Positions 23,406-32,000 of a stretch of DNA of 32,000 nucleotides are shown in pieces; position 1 is the stretch's first letter, and every line of letters starts with the position of its first letter. Under the pieces are notes generated by a model, which did no database searches, was not told where the DNA came from, and was given only the letters and a program-made list of their open reading frames with translations. Both the position numbers and the translations under genes were made by a program. The stretch is from Candidatus Heimdallarchaeota archaeon (GTDB taxonomy: Archaea; Asgardarchaeota; Heimdallarchaeia; Heimdallarchaeales; Heimdallarchaeaceae), in contig DAOVER010000010.1 of the NCBI GenBank assembly GCA_030668875.1, forward strand, positions 50,916-82,915. Direction: 5' to 3'.

Positions 23406-25226
23406 ATGGAATTGGAAATAATATTTACAATAATCGCAATTGTGGTTCCCATAATTGGTGCATTTCTATCACTACTCTTGAAGAAATGGACAGCTGTGCG
23501 AGACATCTTTGGTGTTAGCACAATCGGAATCTCCGCCATATCAGCAGTTATAGTATTTGGTCTATTTGATGGTACTCCAATATCTGAGACTTTCAATTGG
23601 CTAAGTTGGTCAACAACCGTTGTTGAAACTGGTTTCTACTTAGACCCTCTCTCAGTCCTAATGGGCATCATTGTTTCAATTTTAAGCATGCTTATCGCAT
23701 TCTTCTCATTGGAATATATGGGTGAAGATAAACACAAACCTAGATACTGGTTCTTCATGCAACTATTCGTTGGTGGTATGTTACTACTGGTTTTCGCCTA
23801 TGACATGATCTTCTTGTTCTTAGGTTGGGAATTAGTTGGTTTATGCTCCTGTTTCTTAATAGGACACCACTATATGAAGAAAGGTGAAGAAGGAGAAAAA
23901 GCAGCAAAAAGCGGAATTAAAGCTTTGATCATGACTGGTATAGGAGATGTTGGTCTACTAGCATTCTTAGCATGGGTTTATGTCCAAACTGGTGACGTTT
24001 TAATTGGTGACACTATTTTTAATGAACCCGCTGGAGGCATAATAATGAGTCTTCTCTTAGTACTTGCACCCGTGACCAAATCCGCACAATTTCCACTCCA
24101 ATCTTGGTTAAGTTCAGGAGATACTGTGGATATTGATGCAATGCAAGGTCCTACCACCGTTTCAGCACTAATTCATGCCGCTACAATGGTTAAAGCAGGT
24201 ATATATCTTGTTGCTCGTTTCAGCCCAATCTGGAATGTGGAAGTATTCTACTACATTCTAATGGTTGTTGCAGGAATATCAGCGGTATTAGCTGCTATTG
24301 GTGCGCTAACATCAACGGATCTTAAGAGAGTCCTCGCTTACAGTACAATCTCACAACTTAGCTATATGTTCTTAGCATTTACAATACGAGATGCTGAAGG
24401 TCATGGATTATTTGCAGGACAAATGCATTTGTTATCACACTCAATATTCAAAGCTCTTCTGTTCTTGTCAGCAGGCGCAATCATTCACTCTATTGCTGAA
24501 GAACGGGACATGAAGAAAATGGGTGGCTTGCGCAAAGACCTACCATGGATTTATGGTTTCATGATGGCTGGTGCTCTTGGTTTAATTGGTCTTCCAATTT
24601 TAACCAATGGAGGATTTTCAAAAGAATTGATAATCACAGCTGCCTATAGTGCAGGAACCCCAGGAAGCATATTTATCTTTGTGATAGCAGTACTAACAGC
24701 TTTCATTACAGCATTATATGCTACAAGAATGTTCTTGATGATTTTCCATGGTGAAAACAGAGGAGCTAAAGTCCACAAACCCAAATACATCATGAGAATC
24801 ACTTTAGGTATTCTAGCAGTACTAGTTGTAGTAACTGGATTCTTAATTGAAGGACCATTACACAATTTGTTCAGCGGACACGCTGATTCCTATGTGCTGA
24901 TCAACCCTGATACCTTTGAAGCAGTACCTTTCTTATGCGCTCTTGGAGCAATTATTTTGGGTGTTGGTCTAGCATTCTTACTTTATGGTAAGGGACAAAC
25001 CGAAGTAAGCTTCATTGAGAATAACAAAGTGTTGAAAGCTTGTAGAACTTTTGTAGCCAATGGTTACTATATTGATCATTTGTACAATCTAATTATCATC
25101 AAACCAATATTCTGGATAGGGGAACAACTTTCCTTCTTGAAGACCGGTAAGATTAATTGGAATATGCTACTTGGATCCGCAGTGGCAATAACTGCCATTG
25201 TAGTTTTAGTGATGGTGATGGTCTAA
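23406..25226 (+). CDS. NuoL/MrpA-like antiporter subunit
   Basis: FLGWELVG, KSAQFP..W...AMQGPT.VSALIHAATMV.AG, YSTISQL, HSIFKALLF, FSKE. Confidence 0.93.
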   Translation: MELEIIFTIIAIVVPIIGAFLSLLLKKWTAVRDIFGVSTIGISAISAVIVFGLFDGTPISETFNWLSWSTTVVETGFYLDPLSVLMGIIVSILSMLIAFFSLEYMGEDKHKPRYWFFMQLFVGGMLLLVFAYDMIFLFLGWELVGLCSCFLIGHHYMKKGEEGEKAAKSGIKALIMTGIGDVGLLAFLAWVYVQTGDVLIGDTIFNEPAGGIIMSLLLVLAPVTKSAQFPLQSWLSSGDTVDIDAMQGPTTVSALIHAATMVKAGIYLVARFSPIWNVEVFYYILMVVAGISAVLAAIGALTSTDLKRVLAYSTISQLSYMFLAFTIRDAEGHGLFAGQMHLLSHSIFKALLFLSAGAIIHSIAEERDMKKMGGLRKDLPWIYGFMMAGALGLIGLPILTNGGFSKELIITAAYSAGTPGSIFIFVIAVLTAFITALYATRMFLMIFHGENRGAKVHKPKYIMRITLGILAVLVVVTGFLIEGPLHNLFSGHADSYVLINPDTFEAVPFLCALGAIILGVGLAFLLYGKGQTEVSFIENNKVLKACRTFVANGYYIDHLYNLIIIKPIFWIGEQLSFLKTGKINWNMLLGSAVAITAIVVLVMVMV

Positions 25227-26686
25227 TGAATTATCTATCGTTAATACTAATTATCCCTCTTGCAGGTGCAGGTTTGCTCTCTTTATTTGAGCAGATTAAA
25301 AAGTACCTTGCCAAGATAAAGATAAGTACTGACTGCTTGAATCATGTCTTTGCAAATATTGTAGCTTTAGGAGTATTCGTATTCAGTTTTGTTTCAATAT
25401 TTGTAGACGTAGGATCATTGAATACAACCACGGACGGACTATTAGAATTTGGACAATTGCAAGCAATATTAATTACAATATTCAGCTTCTTAGTCTGGAT
25501 GGTAGTTCTCTTTAGTGTTGAATACATGAAAGGTAAAAATGGTTTAGGGTTCTACTACGCTCTAATTCTCACATTACTATCAGGCCTTAGTGCCGTAGTT
25601 ATGGCAAATAATTTCTTTACCCTATTCGTTGGATGGGAAATGTTTGCTTTAAGTGCTTACACACTAGTTGCGTTTGATCGTATAAAACGAGGAGCAGTAG
25701 AAGCTTCATTGAAGTATTTCATCATGTCAACAGTTGGAAGTATGTTTATACTTCTAGGAACAGCATTGACTTACGGAGTATATGGAACAGTCAATTTCGA
25801 CAGTTTATCTGGACCCATGAATCCTTTGCAAGGAGCAATCATAGCTCTCTTTGTTATTGGTTTCGGTGTCACAGCCGCTGTGATATTCCTGAATGCTTGG
25901 TTACCTGATGCACACTCATCTGCACCTTCAACAATTTCTGCTTTGCTTTCTGGCATAGTAGTTAAAGCTGGTGCATTTGGTATCTACAGAACAATATTCT
26001 CAATCAGTCCTGGAAACCTATTGGATACTTCATCTGTATTCGTTTCCTGGTTAGCTATCTTCACAATGTTTGAAGGAAACTTCCTTGTATTCTACCAGTT
26101 TAGAAGAAAAGACATTATAGACTTCAAGAGAATATTGGCTTATTCAACTACCGTTCATTTAGGATTCATCCTTCTCGGTATAGGAGCAGGCACTACTGCT
26201 GGTGTTGAAGCATCAATATTCCATGTTCTAACTCACTCTTTAGGCAAAGGATCCCTCTTTTTGCTTAGTGGGATAATTATTGCAGCCATAGGATCACGAG
26301 ACGTTCGTGAAATGAAAGGTATTGGAAGAAGATCTCCTCTAATAGGAATCTTTCTATCTATAGCTCTTCTATCACTTGGAGGTATTCCGATTACAGCTGG
26401 TTTTTATTCAAAACTGCTTATAATAGTATCCGCATTTGGTGGGATCTATAGTTCAACCATGAACGTAATAATTGTGATATTGGCCATCATTAATTCTCTA
26501 CTAGCTCTCGGTGGTTATCTTTACATTCTAAAGATAATGTTATTTGATGAACCTGATGCAAAAGCAGCTGACAAGATTAAAATCCCAATAATACAAACAA
26601 TTGTTATGACAATAATTGCAGTGTTAATTATCTTCTTAGGTGTTTGGCCAGATAGTATAATACCATTCATTGTTGTACCGGTTTAG
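25226..26686 (+). CDS. NuoN/MrpD-like antiporter subunit
   Basis: FVGWEM, WLPDAH, LSGIVVKAG, LAYST, GFYSK (Lys in TM12, so N/MrpD rather than M type). TAATG overlap gives start 25226. Confidence 0.88.
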   Translation: MNYLSLILIIPLAGAGLLSLFEQIKKYLAKIKISTDCLNHVFANIVALGVFVFSFVSIFVDVGSLNTTTDGLLEFGQLQAILITIFSFLVWMVVLFSVEYMKGKNGLGFYYALILTLLSGLSAVVMANNFFTLFVGWEMFALSAYTLVAFDRIKRGAVEASLKYFIMSTVGSMFILLGTALTYGVYGTVNFDSLSGPMNPLQGAIIALFVIGFGVTAAVIFLNAWLPDAHSSAPSTISALLSGIVVKAGAFGIYRTIFSISPGNLLDTSSVFVSWLAIFTMFEGNFLVFYQFRRKDIIDFKRILAYSTTVHLGFILLGIGAGTTAGVEASIFHVLTHSLGKGSLFLLSGIIIAAIGSRDVREMKGIGRRSPLIGIFLSIALLSLGGIPITAGFYSKLLIIVSAFGGIYSSTMNVIIVILAIINSLLALGGYLYILKIMLFDEPDAKAADKIKIPIIQTIVMTIIAVLIIFLGVWPDSIIPFIVVPV

Positions 26687-26701
26687 GATTGGGACTAAAA
26701 T

Positions 26702-26733
26702 CCTTTTTTTCTTTTTCTTTTTCTTTTTCTTTT
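26702..26733 (+). terminator. Pyrimidine-rich terminator of the membrane-arm operon (T7, then tandem CTTTTT)
   Basis: CCTTTTTTT-CTTTTT-CTTTTT-CTTTTT-CTTTT directly after the last operon gene. Confidence 0.65.
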
Positions 26734-26784
26734 ATCTTCAGAAATCACAGATAATATTTTTAATCTAAAGCATAGTTTTAGGTC

Positions 26785-27150
26785 ATGGAAATATTAGATT
26801 ATGTTAATGGTATCTATGCAGTTACTGTTGGAATCTCCCTTAACCTTTTCTGGATTGTAGTAGTTGCTTTGAAATCATCTCACAAATTTATTGAAGACTC
26901 CAAGGAAAGGTTATTTCATATAATTGCAGAATTTTTTATATCTTCTTTAGCTTTGATTGCAGGTGTAGCAATTTTCTTCGAACAAGATTGGGCCAATTAT
27001 CTCTTCTTTATAGCTATGGGGGCTTTAACTTATGCTTGTATTAATGCTTCAGGGATTTATTCAAAGAAAAAACTGTGGTTATTAGTGGGGACACTTGCGT
27101 TAGTTGGAATTATTTCTTTTGTGCTAATAATGCTTAATCTTGCATTATGA
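26785..27150 (+). CDS. Hypothetical 4-TM membrane protein
   Basis: 121 aa, four hydrophobic segments, ATG start. Confidence 0.65.
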   Translation: MEILDYVNGIYAVTVGISLNLFWIVVVALKSSHKFIEDSKERLFHIIAEFFISSLALIAGVAIFFEQDWANYLFFIAMGALTYACINASGIYSKKKLWLLVGTLALVGIISFVLIMLNLAL

Positions 27151-27186
27151 AGATGTTTACATCAAAAAAGAGTAAGAAAGAAAAAA

Positions 27187-27645
27187 TTAGAATTCAGCAC
27201 TTATTAAGCCCGTATCAATTTGTTTCATTCCATTATAGATTACACTGGCAACAAGAAGTAAACCAACTGCCCAACCAATCCCGTAGGGTACGCTAATACC
27301 TACCACCCCAAGTAAAATACCAGCTCCACCACATATGAGATAAAACTGACCTGATTTTTTATCATTTTTATTATACTTAATAATACCAAAAACAATACCT
27401 ACTGGAGGGATAAAAATTGATAAGATCATGAAAAGAATCAATTTGTTCTTCTCTTCCTTTGTAGGGGGGGAGCCTACAGTTACAGGAGCTCCTACAGTAG
27501 TTGGTCCAGATGCATCGGTTTGAGGACTTGGAGAAGGTTGAGGGTCAGTAGCAACTTGAACAACTTTTGCACCACAACTAATACAAAACTGCATTCCTTC
27601 TTTTACCTTTTCGCCACAGTTTGAGCAAAATACATTGTTTGTCAT
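27187..27645 (-). CDS. Zinc-ribbon domain membrane protein
   Basis: N-terminal CSNC...CISC, Pro/Thr-rich linker, 2-3 TM segments. Confidence 0.75.
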   Translation of the reverse strand: MTNNVFCSNCGEKVKEGMQFCISCGAKVVQVATDPQPSPSPQTDASGPTTVGAPVTVGSPPTKEEKNKLILFMILSIFIPPVGIVFGIIKYNKNDKKSGQFYLICGGAGILLGVVGISVPYGIGWAVGLLLVASVIYNGMKQIDTGLISAEF

Positions 27646-27732
27646 AATATCACATAAATTTTTCTTAACTCATTCTTTATTACAGTATGTCCTATTTAAG
27701 AATATCATTTGTCTTACATCAAATTCAGTTAT

Positions 27733-28188
27733 TTATTCCTCTTGTTTGACATATTCACCTATACTCCACAGAAATATCATAGATGATTTTGGTCCCATTC
27801 TTGAAAATTTCTTTGAAAATACCTTTTTAGCGTATCGATAATTTTCTGATTTATCTAAATTATCCATGAAATTCCTAAACGACCCATACTCTTTTTGTAT
27901 TTTCGAAAATGCAATTGCATTTACCAAAACCGATTCTATCTTAGCTCTATTTTTAATTATTCGTGGGTTAGAAAGCAGTTCTTCTATATCTTCATCATCA
28001 AAATCAACGACGATATCGATTTTGAAATCCTTGAAAGCAATCTTAAAGTCAGACCATTTGTCAGAAATAAGCTGCCAACTCAATCCAGCTTGGAATACTG
28101 TTCTAGCCATATTTTCAAAATAAGCATCATCATCAGGAGGAAGTTCATCCCTATAAAACCACCCGGTACGAGGATTTTTATCTTGCAT
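27733..28188 (-). CDS. DNA-3-methyladenine glycosylase I (Tag) family protein
   Basis: YFENMARTVFQAGLSW...AFKDF...IIKNRAKI...NA signature. Confidence 0.87.
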   Translation of the reverse strand: MQDKNPRTGWFYRDELPPDDDAYFENMARTVFQAGLSWQLISDKWSDFKIAFKDFKIDIVVDFDDEDIEELLSNPRIIKNRAKIESVLVNAIAFSKIQKEYGSFRNFMDNLDKSENYRYAKKVFSKKFSRMGPKSSMIFLWSIGEYVKQEE

Positions 28189-28255
28189 AGATAAAGAATA
28201 TCAGAGATATTTATCATGTTTACCTTCAGGAAAAAATCTATTAACGTGCTCCATA

Positions 28256-29299
28256 ATGAAACAAAAACCTTCAATTGACGACGAAAAACTGATTGAATTA
28301 ATCAGATTGAAATATGAAATAGTTGTAAGTAAGCTACTATTTGTACCTGAAGGGGAGGTCGCATATTCATATGTTGTACAAACAAGCAAAAAGAAATATT
28401 TTGCTAAGTTATACGAAACTAATAATCTAACTAACAAGGGAATTTTTAACCTAGAAACTGCAATAAATACAGTTTTCCAATTGAACAAAGAAGAAATAAA
28501 GCAAATAATAAAACCTATTAGAAACAATGAAGGAGCATTTAGAACAACAGTTGAGAATTATAGCTTGGTTATGATGTCCTACATCGAGGGTCAAATTGTT
28601 AGTGAGAAATTAAGCAAAACAAAAGCGTTTCTAACGAAAATGGGAAAACTACTTGCGGAAATACATAATACTACAAATAAATTTAAACTTAAACAGAACA
28701 AATTCTTCACAATCAATCTTGATTTCAAAGAAGATCTCTTACTTTCCATAAAGGAAGTAACTACATGTACATCAACTAAAGATAAGAATTACATCAAGCT
28801 CCAGAATTTGGTTAAACCAAATATTAACTATATCTTGTCCTCCTTAATATATCTTGAAGAGCTTGCTGGGAAGCTTAAACTAAAGGATGATTCTAACTTA
28901 GTATTATGTCATACTGATCCAAATCGAAATAATGTTATTATTGACGAAAACGAACAAATTCATCTAATAGACTGGGATGGAATTGCACAAGCACCATTTG
29001 AGCGAGACATCTGGCTTTTCATAAATGAGAAACACTGTGAAAGTTTTATTGAAGGATATAAAAAAGTACGAGATGTAACAAGCATAAATGAAGATCTTGT
29101 TGTCTACCTCTTCTACCATAGAGTTCTAGATGACTTAACAGACTGGATATATCGGATATTATTTGAAGACATTAGTGAGGAGCAAATTAAAAGCGACTTC
29201 TATGGGCTTGAGGAAGATGTTTGGCCCTTGTTGCCAAATATGAAAGAAATAGAAAAAACAATGAGATATAATTGCAAAAAGTGGGTCAAAAGAGAATAA
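28256..29299 (+). CDS. Aminoglycoside phosphotransferase/choline kinase family protein
   Basis: Brenner-type LCHTDPNRNN, LIDWD and APFERD motifs; substrate unknown. Confidence 0.85.
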   Translation: MKQKPSIDDEKLIELIRLKYEIVVSKLLFVPEGEVAYSYVVQTSKKKYFAKLYETNNLTNKGIFNLETAINTVFQLNKEEIKQIIKPIRNNEGAFRTTVENYSLVMMSYIEGQIVSEKLSKTKAFLTKMGKLLAEIHNTTNKFKLKQNKFFTINLDFKEDLLLSIKEVTTCTSTKDKNYIKLQNLVKPNINYILSSLIYLEELAGKLKLKDDSNLVLCHTDPNRNNVIIDENEQIHLIDWDGIAQAPFERDIWLFINEKHCESFIEGYKKVRDVTSINEDLVVYLFYHRVLDDLTDWIYRILFEDISEEQIKSDFYGLEEDVWPLLPNMKEIEKTMRYNCKKWVKRE

Positions 29300-29698
29300 A
29301 TTGTCACTATTTTGGGTTTAGTGCAATTTTTTAAACACCAAACAAACCTGCGAAAAAGTACTATTTTCGTCAGCTTCCAAGAAGGATGTCCTTCCGAAAA
29401 GGTAACCTTAATGCAAAGTACCAAAATTGGAGAAGAAGTTAAATAATTCGTCCCAAGTATAAGAGAAATGGAAAAAGAGATTTAACGTCTCCTATCACTT
29501 TTAGGTGAAGCCGCTGATGAAATGATGTCGTATGGAAACGCATCCACATTTTCCTATTTTGATACTTGTGAAGATGTAGGATTTTTTATTCAAGAGATAG
29601 CTAATGAGATACTTGGAGTTTTAAACGAAAAGTATAGACAAAATTAAGAATAAGAGATATTTTCACGAAAGTGAGAATTAAAAGACAATTAATATAGC

Positions 29699-30337
29699 AT
29701 GAGATACCACATTACTTTGATGAGTGTAGAAGTTTTTATCTTGATTTCAGCAATTTTGGCTATATTTGCATTTTTAGGTGATTTCATAATAACATTCATC
29801 TTAGGCTATTTCCAAGACAATTATAGTCATATTGAAGACACTATGAGTGAGCTAGGAAATAAGGAAAGTAGATTCAAAACCATCCTATCAATCTGGTGGT
29901 TTATATGGGGGGTGTCTCTAATGATTTTCAGTTTCGGTCTTATTAGTCATTACTACATGCCCACAGGGGATGGGCATGTTTTAACGGTTGCAATATTAAT
30001 TTTTATTTTTGGTTTTGGAGCGGGTAATGTAGCTGGTTTATTCCCAGAAGATTCTAAAGGGAAAGAAGAGAGCGTTTCAGGGAAAATTCACGGAATATTT
30101 GGTGGTTTGGGATATTTAGCCCTATTAACCATACCTAGTATTTTAGCAATTATAAGTGTAGGGTGGTTTCTAGCAATTTCAATAGTAGTTCAGATTTCAG
30201 GTATTGGTTTTTTTACTCTGTTTTTACTTTCCAAAAACCCAAAAATTGGTAAGTCTGGTCTATGGCAACGATTATTCTTATTCAATTATTATTCGTATAT
30301 GATAATAATAGCAGTGATTATGATAGTTTATCCATAA
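29699..30337 (+). CDS. DUF998-like membrane protein (alternative ATG at 29720)
   Basis: YSHIEDTMSELG, AGLFPED, IHG and GLWQR pattern; 5-6 TM segments. Confidence 0.75.
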   Translation: MRYHITLMSVEVFILISAILAIFAFLGDFIITFILGYFQDNYSHIEDTMSELGNKESRFKTILSIWWFIWGVSLMIFSFGLISHYYMPTGDGHVLTVAILIFIFGFGAGNVAGLFPEDSKGKEESVSGKIHGIFGGLGYLALLTIPSILAIISVGWFLAISIVVQISGIGFFTLFLLSKNPKIGKSGLWQRLFLFNYYSYMIIIAVIMIVYP

Positions 30338-30621
30338 ACTGTTGAATTAAAATCTTGGAAATATAAATATCATTCCTGATTAAATTTCTAAATTTGGTAA
30401 GCCAAGTACAAAGAACATTATAGAATTACTAAGAACGTATTTTCCAAAAACTAAGGTTTTAGTAAATTCTTACTATATGTAGGTAGCTATTCACTTTGAT
30501 GAAAAACAGAATGCGATAGATTCTTCAAGAATTCATAATGCTTTTATTCTACATTTAGCATGAAATGAATAGGTGCACAATAAATAGTGAAGTGTAATTC
30601 TATATTTAGGAAAGTGTGTTA

Positions 30622-31632
30622 ATGGACATATATGTAATAGATATTGAGACAACGGGGTTAAACGGTTGGAAGAGTGATCACATAGTGGAAATATCTATTA
30701 TGAAAGCAAACATAACAAAACAAAAAATCGAACAAGTTTATCATTCTTTGATTCATTATGATACAACTAAATGGGATGCAAAAACCAAGAATGCCTGGAT
30801 TTTTAAACAGGATATTATTAAGTTAGAAGAAATTCAACAAACTACCAAAGACGTGAAAACAATTGTTGAAGAAGTAAGAAAAATATTAACTGGAAAATTT
30901 ATTGCTGCTTATAACAATGAATTTGATTTTAATAAATTCCTCTTACATGAACCTTGGAATATTAATCCAGGAACATGTAAAATTAAAATCGCTCCATGTA
31001 TCATGCTTGCAACAACTGATTACATCAAAATACCTACAAAGTACAAGAAACGAAAACTAGTAAATTTATCAGAAGCAAGAAAACACCTTCTAAATGAGGA
31101 TACTACAAGTATAACAAATAACAAAGAACTTGAAACGATTGTAAGAGAGTATGGGGTGCATAGAGCAAATTTTGATGCTTTCTATTCTGCATGCGTACTT
31201 TTAGAGCTGTACAGAAGGAAGAGGTATCGAGTTTATCCTCGGATTTATTACGCTCATTCCATGCAAATATACAAATCAAAACAAGAGAAAAAGGAAATAA
31301 AAACAATCAAAAAAATTTTTCCAAAAGCAGAAATAATTAATCCAGCAAAGTATGAGAAGAAATGGAAATATCTTTCTGGAAAAGAAGTTATGGCAAAATG
31401 CCTTGATCTTATTAGCAATAGTGAGATAGTTATTTTTACAGTTGTTAAGCAAGATAACAAAGATTTTGTTGGAAGAGGGGTATACGTAGAGGTTAAATTT
31501 GCACAAGAAATCAAAAAAGACATTTATTTTCTGAAGGAAATACTCGAGAGTGATTTCTCGATAGATATCTACAATGATGATGATTGGGCTCTTAAGTTTA
31601 GTATTGTGAAAAGTAAGGAAAAAAAATCTTAA
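30622..31632 (+). CDS. DEDDh 3'-5' exonuclease fused to a C-terminal nucleoside 2-deoxyribosyltransferase-like domain
   Basis: ExoI DIETTG, ExoII AYNNEFD, ExoIII HRANFDA. From base 31240: RIYYAHS...IINP...SEIVIF...GRGVYVEV..A, an NDT-like pattern. Confidence 0.75.
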   Translation: MDIYVIDIETTGLNGWKSDHIVEISIMKANITKQKIEQVYHSLIHYDTTKWDAKTKNAWIFKQDIIKLEEIQQTTKDVKTIVEEVRKILTGKFIAAYNNEFDFNKFLLHEPWNINPGTCKIKIAPCIMLATTDYIKIPTKYKKRKLVNLSEARKHLLNEDTTSITNNKELETIVREYGVHRANFDAFYSACVLLELYRRKRYRVYPRIYYAHSMQIYKSKQEKKEIKTIKKIFPKAEIINPAKYEKKWKYLSGKEVMAKCLDLISNSEIVIFTVVKQDNKDFVGRGVYVEVKFAQEIKKDIYFLKEILESDFSIDIYNDDDWALKFSIVKSKEKKS

Positions 31633-32000
31633 AGTTAGATTCTTCATTCGCGCAGAAATAGTTTATTAATAGGAAATCAAAATTATGCATAATGTGGGAA
31701 AATGCTAGTAATAACAACGTGATTATTTCTGAGATTATAAGCAAATTACGAGATAAAAACACCGTTAGTAACAGATGATTAAAATCTTATTCAATCTTGC
31801 CAGAAGTCTCTGAGTTGTCCCTCATTGCATGTTGAGGTGATGATGGTTAATACCTCTCTAATTTTCTTCCATTTTTCTACGAGTTTATATAGGAAAGTGC
31901 TGATATATGGGTAGTGCTTGGCGAAAACTCGCCATATTTATGGTTCGCAAGTGTTTGAATACTTGTCCCTCAGTTAATAAAGCTTGAACCATACAGCACG

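Noticed and set aside
26702-26733. CTTTTT tandem repeat as a contingency microsatellite
   Set aside because: It lies just after an operon end and is more simply a U-rich terminator.
29411-29647. Possible decayed ORF (frame +2, MQSTK...*...MEKEI*RLL...EKYRQN*)
   Set aside because: It has two in-frame TAA stops and no recognisable family; it cannot be told from random AT-rich sequence without a search.
27733-31632. Tag glycosylase, APH kinase, DUF998 and Exo-NDT as one defence or repair system
   Set aside because: Mixed orientations and gaps of 300-400 nt argue against one operon; there are no mobility genes or repeats.
31750-32000. Protein-like fragments on the minus strand at the window end
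   Set aside because: Every frame has stops, no motif was recognised, and the context is cut by the window edge.

Overview
AT-rich archaeal chromosomal window. It carries TATA/BRE promoters, an archaeal-type MtaB, an RPA2-like gene, DUF5752 and a DNA gyrase; an Asgard/Heimdallarchaeia-like host is my inference, not something the sequence proves. In order it holds: the 3' end of a group-4 [NiFe]-hydrogenase soluble module (large subunit, NuoI-like, NuoB-like), an MFS transporter, a TrmB-like regulator divergent from thioredoxin, gyrB-gyrA (GyrA with two LAGLIDADG inteins), a carbamate kinase remnant, MtaB, RPA2-like, DUF5752, a 5S rRNA gene, a frameshifted ICMT/PEMT-like gene, tRNA-Ser(GCT), VIT1/CCC1, hypE-hypF, a six-gene Complex I-like membrane arm (H-A-J-K-L-N/MrpD) and a variable tail (Tag glycosylase, APH kinase, DUF998, DEDDh exonuclease fused to an NDT-like domain). 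The main observation is that the 5S rRNA gene (minus strand, 15187-15307) is circularly permuted. Its canonical 3' half comes before its 5' half, the native ends are joined by a UGCG tetraloop closing helix I, and the new ends lie at the AA bulge of helix III. It sits inside a 10-bp terminal stem with bulge-helix-bulge-like sites and has its own TATA box and U-tract terminator. This suggests maturation by splicing endonuclease/ligase, possibly to a covalently closed circular 5S rRNA. All calls are from manual reading; no searches or folding programs were run.
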